Assembly (NCBI RefSeq): GCF_003428155.1
Contig: NZ_QLIR01000015.1
Location: forward strand, 14,003 to 46,002
Length of the DNA stretch: 32,000 nt
Source: Fastidiosibacter lacustris
GTDB lineage: Bacteria > Pseudomonadota > Gammaproteobacteria > Francisellales > Francisellaceae
Direction: 5' to 3'
In this document: positions 27,596 to 32,000 of the stretch, piece by piece
Numbering within the stretch: position 1 is the stretch's first letter
Layout: each line of letters starts with the position of its first letter
Program-made: the position numbers and the translations under genes
Notes under the pieces: generated by a model
Databases searched by the model: none
What the model was told of the DNA's origin: nothing
The model's input: only the letters and a program-made list of their open reading frames with translations

Positions 27596-28870
27596 ATGAA
27601 TAAGTATGACATAGTTGGCATAGGAGCTGGTCCTGCCAATCTGAGTTTATCTGCGTTATTGGGTGTGAGAGCCCCTGAATTAACGGCGCGATTTGTCGAA
27701 AGGCAGAGTAGCTTTAATTGGCATCCTGGCATGCTGCTACCAGAGGCTAAGCTACAGGTGTCTTATCTGAAAGATTTGGTAACTTTGGTAGATCCAACAA
27801 ATCCATATTCTTATCTTAATTACCTGCATTCAAAAGGCTGTTTATATCAATTTATCACTGCCAATTTCGAAGCAGTTAGCCGTAGTGAGTTTGCTGATTA
27901 TTTACAATGGGTTTTTAACAGTCTAAATAATGTAGACAAAGGCTCTGAGGTGACTGACCTTGATTATAATGGTGAGCATCTTAAAGTAACGACTTCTACA
28001 GGAGATATTTTATTAACTAAAAACCTTGTTTTAGGAACTGGGCTGCGACCCTATATTCCCAAGTGTTGTCGGAGTATTATTAGCGATACCGTGTTTCACA
28101 ATAGTGAGTTTATGTTTAAAAAGCGAAACTTTAAAAACAAGACATTGGCCATTATTGGGGGCGGTCAGAGTGCGGCAGAAATAGTTCAATCTTTAATAAG
28201 TGATGAAGAAAACATGCCCGCAAAAATTTTGTGGTTTTCGAAAAGATTAAATTTTTTGCCTATCGATGACCCCCCATTCACAAACGAGCTATTTGTTCCC
28301 GCGTACTCTCGACACTTTTTTTCGTTGTCATCCGCCAAAAAAGAAAGATTATTGGCGCAACATAAATTAGCGAGTGATGGAATTTCAGAGTCCACTGCTG
28401 TATTGATATATAGGCGTTTGTATGAGCTGAAATATGTGAAAAAACTCCCTCAGATTTGTTATTTATTGCCATCTCATGAGTTGCATGACGTGAATCAACT
28501 CGATGACCGATATTCAATTTCGGTTTCTGATTTGGAAGCAGAATTAGATAAGCAATACAATGTAGATGGAATAATATTGTGCACAGGTTATCACTATCAT
28601 GAACCACATTTCTTGAAAAAAATTTCAAATCAATTAAATAGGGATAAGCATGGTCTTATAGTTGATGAGGACTATCGCTTGCATTGGGAAGGAGATAAAA
28701 ACTGCGCCATCTACATTCAAAATGGTGCACGACATACGCATGGTGTTGCCGATCCCAATCTGAGCTTGCTTGCTTATAGGAGTGCAAGAATCATCAATCA
28801 AATTTCAGGGAAAGAGGTTTATCAAAATGTTGAAGGTGATTGCCTGATTCAATGGGGCTTGGTTCAATAG
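27596..28870 (+). CDS. L-lysine N6-monooxygenase-type flavin N-hydroxylase (IucD/PvdA family)
   Basis: Collinear with E. coli IucD: GIGAGPANLS (FAD), FNWHPGMLLPEAKLQVSYLKDLVTLVDPTNPYSYLNYL, GGGQSAAE (NADPH), DGISESTAVLIYRRLYE, ILCTGY, HGVADPNLSLLAYRSARIINQ. Starts 2 nt after the upstream stop. Confidence 0.92.
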   Translation: MNKYDIVGIGAGPANLSLSALLGVRAPELTARFVERQSSFNWHPGMLLPEAKLQVSYLKDLVTLVDPTNPYSYLNYLHSKGCLYQFITANFEAVSRSEFADYLQWVFNSLNNVDKGSEVTDLDYNGEHLKVTTSTGDILLTKNLVLGTGLRPYIPKCCRSIISDTVFHNSEFMFKKRNFKNKTLAIIGGGQSAAEIVQSLISDEENMPAKILWFSKRLNFLPIDDPPFTNELFVPAYSRHFFSLSSAKKERLLAQHKLASDGISESTAVLIYRRLYELKYVKKLPQICYLLPSHELHDVNQLDDRYSISVSDLEAELDKQYNVDGIILCTGYHYHEPHFLKKISNQLNRDKHGLIVDEDYRLHWEGDKNCAIYIQNGARHTHGVADPNLSLLAYRSARIINQISGKEVYQNVEGDCLIQWGLVQ

Positions 28871-28884
28871 CTGAAGAGAGATTT

Positions 28885-29211
28885 ATGGAAATTTTAGAAA
28901 AACAATTTTTAGAAAATCTTCCGTTAGGTATAGAAGTTCAAGAGGTTTTATTTGCTGGCAATATACAGGGAGTTGCTCCTTTTAAGTCTTCTTTCTTTAC
29001 GGTTCAGCCAGGCGTTACTACGCCATTCGATTGCCATGAAGTAAGAGAACTATGGTTAATCGTCAGTGGTACGGGACGTGTAACGTGTGATAAAAGTGTT
29101 TCTGAGGTAAAAGAAAAGGATGCGGTGTACTTTGATTCTTTTCAGCGGCATTCGGTAGAAAATATTGGTAATACTCCGCTTATTATTATTTCGATTTGGT
29201 GGAACCCATGA
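28885..29211 (+). CDS. Small stand-alone cupin-domain protein (hydrazine-synthetase cupin component candidate)
   Basis: 108 aa from the Met preceded by GAAGAGAG. Cupin motif 1 reads PFDCHEVRELWLIVSGTG (C-H-x3-E, 29032-29049). Motif 2 reads AVYFDSFQRHSVEN (H-x3-N, 29149-29163). Confidence 0.8.
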   Translation: MEILEKQFLENLPLGIEVQEVLFAGNIQGVAPFKSSFFTVQPGVTTPFDCHEVRELWLIVSGTGRVTCDKSVSEVKEKDAVYFDSFQRHSVENIGNTPLIIISIWWNP

Positions 29212-30251
29212 AAGAATATCAAAGCGATTTATTAATTATTGGTTGTGGGATTGTAGGGCTGACAACAGCAACACTCGCTGCAATACGTAACCCAAGCCTT
29301 TCAATGACTCTGGTAGATAAAAATTTAATTGGTTTTGGAGCATCAGGGTATTCTGCTGGCTTCTCGACACCACTTGCAAAAACGGACACAGAGAATGGAA
29401 AAAAATTGATTATTGAGGGTAGCTCTGTAATGCAAGAACTCCAAGACCATATTGATCTGAAGTTAAAAAAGAAACAGGCATACTACATTGTAGGTGCTAC
29501 AAGCATAAATAATTTTCAGAAATATTATATAGCATCTGACTTGGAAGATTCTAATGATTGTGCATTAAAAACCAAATGTTCTATAGGGAATTATTTAAAC
29601 ATCCCAACGGATAAGAAAATTTATTTTTCTAGGCAAAGCGCTCACTGTGCTGATTTGCCAATGCTGATGAACCAAATGTCATTGTTTCTCAGAAGAAAAG
29701 CCCATATGATTTTTGAATGCTCTCCGATTCATCACATGGATAAAGAGCATATTACATTGGAGAGCGGGGTGAGCTTAAAAAGCAAAAAAAACCTTTTTAC
29801 AACTGGTCCTTGGCAGTATGGGGAGGCACTTCAAAAAACTAATCAGGTGAAAATAAAAAAGGTTGCAGCATTGCATTTAGCTTCTATACCTGCTGAGGAT
29901 GATCCAGCAATTATTTTTTTTGATGAGAAAGCTTTTTTATTGCCCTTGCCCGAAAAAGGTTATTGGCTGATGAGCTTCACTTCAGAAGATTGGGATGTAG
30001 CACCTAAGCAACAGCTGACATTTTCAGAGAAAGATTTAGAAATCGCTCTTGGGATTCTGAGGAAATATTCAAACGAACTGGGTGATTTATTTTCAGGTGG
30101 AAGAGTGTTTTGCGATCATTATTCGCCATCTGGGGAGATTTCAATTTCAACCCTGTCAAAAGCAAACCTTCTTGTTGAAGGAGCATCCGGATCTGGATAT
30201 CGATTCTCTTATGCTATCGCTAGCCAAATATGTAGAGAGTTTTTAACATGA
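29208..30251 (+). CDS. FAD-dependent oxidoreductase, D-amino-acid/glycine oxidase (DAO) family
   Basis: N-terminal dinucleotide-binding motif DLLIIGCGIVGLTTA (GxGxxG at 29241-29258). About 347 aa. Its ATG overlaps the cupin stop (ATGA, 29208-29211). Confidence 0.85.
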   Translation: MKEYQSDLLIIGCGIVGLTTATLAAIRNPSLSMTLVDKNLIGFGASGYSAGFSTPLAKTDTENGKKLIIEGSSVMQELQDHIDLKLKKKQAYYIVGATSINNFQKYYIASDLEDSNDCALKTKCSIGNYLNIPTDKKIYFSRQSAHCADLPMLMNQMSLFLRRKAHMIFECSPIHHMDKEHITLESGVSLKSKKNLFTTGPWQYGEALQKTNQVKIKKVAALHLASIPAEDDPAIIFFDEKAFLLPLPEKGYWLMSFTSEDWDVAPKQQLTFSEKDLEIALGILRKYSNELGDLFSGGRVFCDHYSPSGEISISTLSKANLLVEGASGSGYRFSYAIASQICREFLT

Positions 30252-30760
30252 AAGAAAAGTCTGTGGTTTTTATTTTTATAGGTGCATTATTGCTATCATT
30301 TTCATATGGTGCTTTTTTCCTGTTACCTTTGTTTATAGAGCACTTGGGTGGGGCTCAAGATGCTACAGGGTTTCTCTTGGGAGTTACTGGAATTGGAACT
30401 ATCTTTGCCGTTATTGTTAGTAAATTAATGTTAAAAAAAATGAAAAGTAATTTAGTAACTGTAATTGGTTGTATCTCATATACTGTTGGAATTTTATTAT
30501 TTGTTTTTGTTGTACATTCTATGGGACTTAAAATTATTCTAGCTTCTCTACTGTTAGGTATAGGTTGGGGGTTTTATTACAATTCAGCACCATATTCCCT
30601 TTCTTTATTTGCAAATAATACCAATAGAAGTGTGTTTTTTAGTTATTTATCAGCTTTTAGCGTTCTAGGTTCTGGTGTGGCACCTGTTGCAACGCATTTT
30701 TTTGGAAGGACCAAATGGATTTTCAATATTTATTTTTTATTGCGGGTATTGCAAGTTTAG
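30248..30760 (+). CDS. MFS transporter, N-terminal half (gene split by a frameshift in a T7 tract)
   Basis: Six TM-like segments. Its ATG overlaps the oxidase stop (ATGA, 30248-30251). The frame is lost after ...VAPVATHFF at the T7 run 30697-30703. Confidence 0.8.
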   Translation: MKEKSVVFIFIGALLLSFSYGAFFLLPLFIEHLGGAQDATGFLLGVTGIGTIFAVIVSKLMLKKMKSNLVTVIGCISYTVGILLFVFVVHSMGLKIILASLLLGIGWGFYYNSAPYSLSLFANNTNRSVFFSYLSAFSVLGSGVAPVATHFFGRTKWIFNIYFLLRVLQV

Positions 30761-31443
30761 TTGCTGCAGGTTGTTTTTATTTAGCAAGACCTGAATTCAA
30801 AGAATTTCCAAAAAATGAAACACATTGGAAAACATTTTCTTTGATTATAAAATCAATGGCTCTATACCCTCTCATTATGGTATTTTTGGGAGCCTGTGCG
30901 TTTACCATTATGGTGAATTTTCAGTCAACATACGCAAATAGTATTGGAATGAATTATTCATCTTTTTATTTAATTTATTCCCTTTCTGTTGTTTTATCGC
31001 GACTTTTGTTGGGTAAGCGTCTTTCTCAATATAATCAGTATAAAGTTGCAATTGTGTTGTTAATCCTAATGGTGATAAGTTTGACCTCATTCTTGTTTTC
31101 AAGTGACAGTGTTTTGTTGTATTGTATTAGCTCAGCTTTATTTGGCATAAGTTATGGTTTAGTATATCCGACAATACAGGCTATTGCTGTTAATGTTACA
31201 CAACCAAATCACCGGGCGGATGTGATTACCTTTTTTTCTTTATCATATTTTATTGGTGTCTATGCCTTTCCTCCAATAGCTGGATTGGCTATCGTGGCTT
31301 TTGGCTATACGAGTGTTATTATTATAATTTCTACCTTAGCTTTTATTGAGTTGATATTGGCACTTGTTTTACTAAAATTATCTATTTTTTCGATTAATCC
31401 AGAATCTCTGTACACGAAGAAAGATTTGCAAAGTGCTGAGTAA
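30715..31443 (+). CDS. MFS transporter, C-terminal half (continuation of 30248-30760 in another frame)
   Basis: This frame is open from 30661. With one extra T in the 30697-30703 run, the two parts join as ...ATHFFWKDQMDFQYLFFIAGIASL..., giving a 12-TM MFS protein of about 400 aa. Confidence 0.8.
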   Translation: MDFQYLFFIAGIASLVAAGCFYLARPEFKEFPKNETHWKTFSLIIKSMALYPLIMVFLGACAFTIMVNFQSTYANSIGMNYSSFYLIYSLSVVLSRLLLGKRLSQYNQYKVAIVLLILMVISLTSFLFSSDSVLLYCISSALFGISYGLVYPTIQAIAVNVTQPNHRADVITFFSLSYFIGVYAFPPIAGLAIVAFGYTSVIIIISTLAFIELILALVLLKLSIFSINPESLYTKKDLQSAE

Positions 31444-31504
31444 GACGTTATTTTTTCTTGATTTGCACAACATGAAAAAGCATCTCAATCAGCTAACGAA
31501 TAGT
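31404..31504. repeat. Copy B of the repeat shared with 16891-16990 (MFS 3' end plus 59-bp downstream flank)
   Basis: 31446-31504 matches 16932-16990 at 54 of 59 positions. Gapped similarity continues upstream into the last codons of the MFS gene. Confidence 0.7.
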
Positions 31505-31518
31505 CTAAAGAAAATTTC

Positions 31519-31776
31519 GGTAGTGTTATTATCTAGCAAATTTGTTTTTATAATTTCAAATAAAAAATAGCGAAAATTGATGTACGCTGCAGGAATTACA
31601 ACTCAATAAAGACAGTTGAAGCAGGTAATAACCAATTGAAATCTAGTCCAAATGGTGCGCAAAGACACCGTTGCCTAGATTGTGGCGAATACTTTCAACT
31701 TGAATATAAAGCACTAGGTCGGCTGTCCAAGACAAAAGAAAGAATTCTTGATATGTGTAGCAATGGTAGTGGTATT
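31519..31776 (+). mobile_element. IS1-family element, 5' fragment (second, truncated copy; start codon lost)
   Basis: It begins with GGTAGTGTTATTATC, the same left-end repeat as at 10034. The InsA-like frame reads (ATA)AKIDVRCRNYNSIKTVEAGNNQLKSSPNGAQRHRCLDCGEYFQLEYKALGRLSKTKERILDMCSNGSG. The ATG is mutated to ATA at 31567-31569. Homology to the 9498-9986 copy stops near 31776. Confidence 0.75.
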
Positions 31777-31845
31777 CATGGTTGAACTATTCTACAGCCA
31801 TGACTGGAAGAGCTATTCAAAATATATTAGAGTTCTTTCCAAACC

Positions 31846-31998
31846 TCAATTAGTCAATTTAAAGTTGTAAATTCCCGTTATTAAATTAAATCGAAGTCCA
31901 AACCTTTTTCGTCTATTCCGATATTTGTCGGCAATAATTTTAAAACGTTTTAACATGCCTATTACGTTTTCATTTAGTACACGGAGACTGGATAATTT
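31846..31998 (-). pseudogene. IS5-family (DDE_Tnp_4/Harbinger-like) transposase, C-terminal end (partial; runs off the window)
   Basis: The reverse strand reads ...KLSSLRVLNENVIGMLKRFKIIADKYRNRRKRFGLRFNLITGIYNFKLTN* with its stop at 31846-31848. The ENV...LK.FKI....YRNRRKRFGLRFNLI.GIYN tail is characteristic of this transposase group. Confidence 0.55.
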
Positions 31999-32000
31999 TC

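Noticed and set aside
27596-28870. IucD-like N-hydroxylase as part of an aerobactin- or hydroxamate-type siderophore locus
   Set aside because: No IucA/IucC-type synthetase, N-acyltransferase, NRPS or TonB-dependent receptor is present. Its operon partners (MetRS-like ligase, cupin, DAO-type oxidase) fit the hydrazine-synthetase set instead. A siderophore role cannot be fully excluded without experiments.
28840-28884. Longer N-termini for the cupin (from 28840), the FAD oxidase (from 29196) and Hsp20 (from 20343)
   Set aside because: The upstream Mets would overlap the preceding genes or lack an RBS. The chosen starts have a purine-rich RBS (cupin, Hsp20) or the ATGA stop/start coupling (oxidase).
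1-32000. CRISPR arrays, rRNA or tRNA genes, prophage or defence-system gene sets
   Set aside because: By-eye inspection found no regularly spaced direct repeats, no rRNA-like conserved blocks, no cloverleaf candidates in the intergenic regions, and no nuclease, helicase or methylase modules typical of defence islands.

Overview
AT-rich gammaproteobacterial chromosome segment. It looks Francisella-like, because it carries a stand-alone, divergent second rpoA, which is the hallmark of Francisella's two-alpha RNA polymerase. The backbone is ordinary housekeeping: secF 3' end, CLC channel, secB, mfd, tag, glk, acyl-CoA desaturase, era, an EmrA/HlyD-type adaptor, a bamC-like lipoprotein, purC, an Hsp20 and a Crp/Fnr regulator. 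No rRNA, tRNA or CRISPR array was seen. The backbone is interrupted by IS debris and two accessory islets. The stand-out is a tightly packed five-gene operon at 26060-31443: a MetRS-like class-I ligase, an IucD-type lysine N6-hydroxylase, a small cupin, a DAO-type FAD oxidase and an MFS transporter. This enzyme set matches the lysine-templated hydrazine (N-N bond) forming machinery known from actinomycetes (Spb38/Spb39/Spb40, Tri26/27/28). Here the cupin and MetRS-like parts are separate genes and no downstream consumer pathway is present. The operon is bracketed by IS4-like, IS1-like and IS5-like fragments. Two of its genes carry 1-nt frameshifts: the 5' end of the MetRS-like gene, and a T7 tract in the MFS gene. 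The second islet (17054-19140) is visibly GC-richer. It encodes an alphaproteobacterial-type 5-aminolevulinate synthase translationally coupled to an EamA transporter. Next to it lies a relic that duplicates the 3' end and downstream flank of the hydrazine-cluster MFS gene. All functional calls rest on motif and family recognition by eye; no database search was run.
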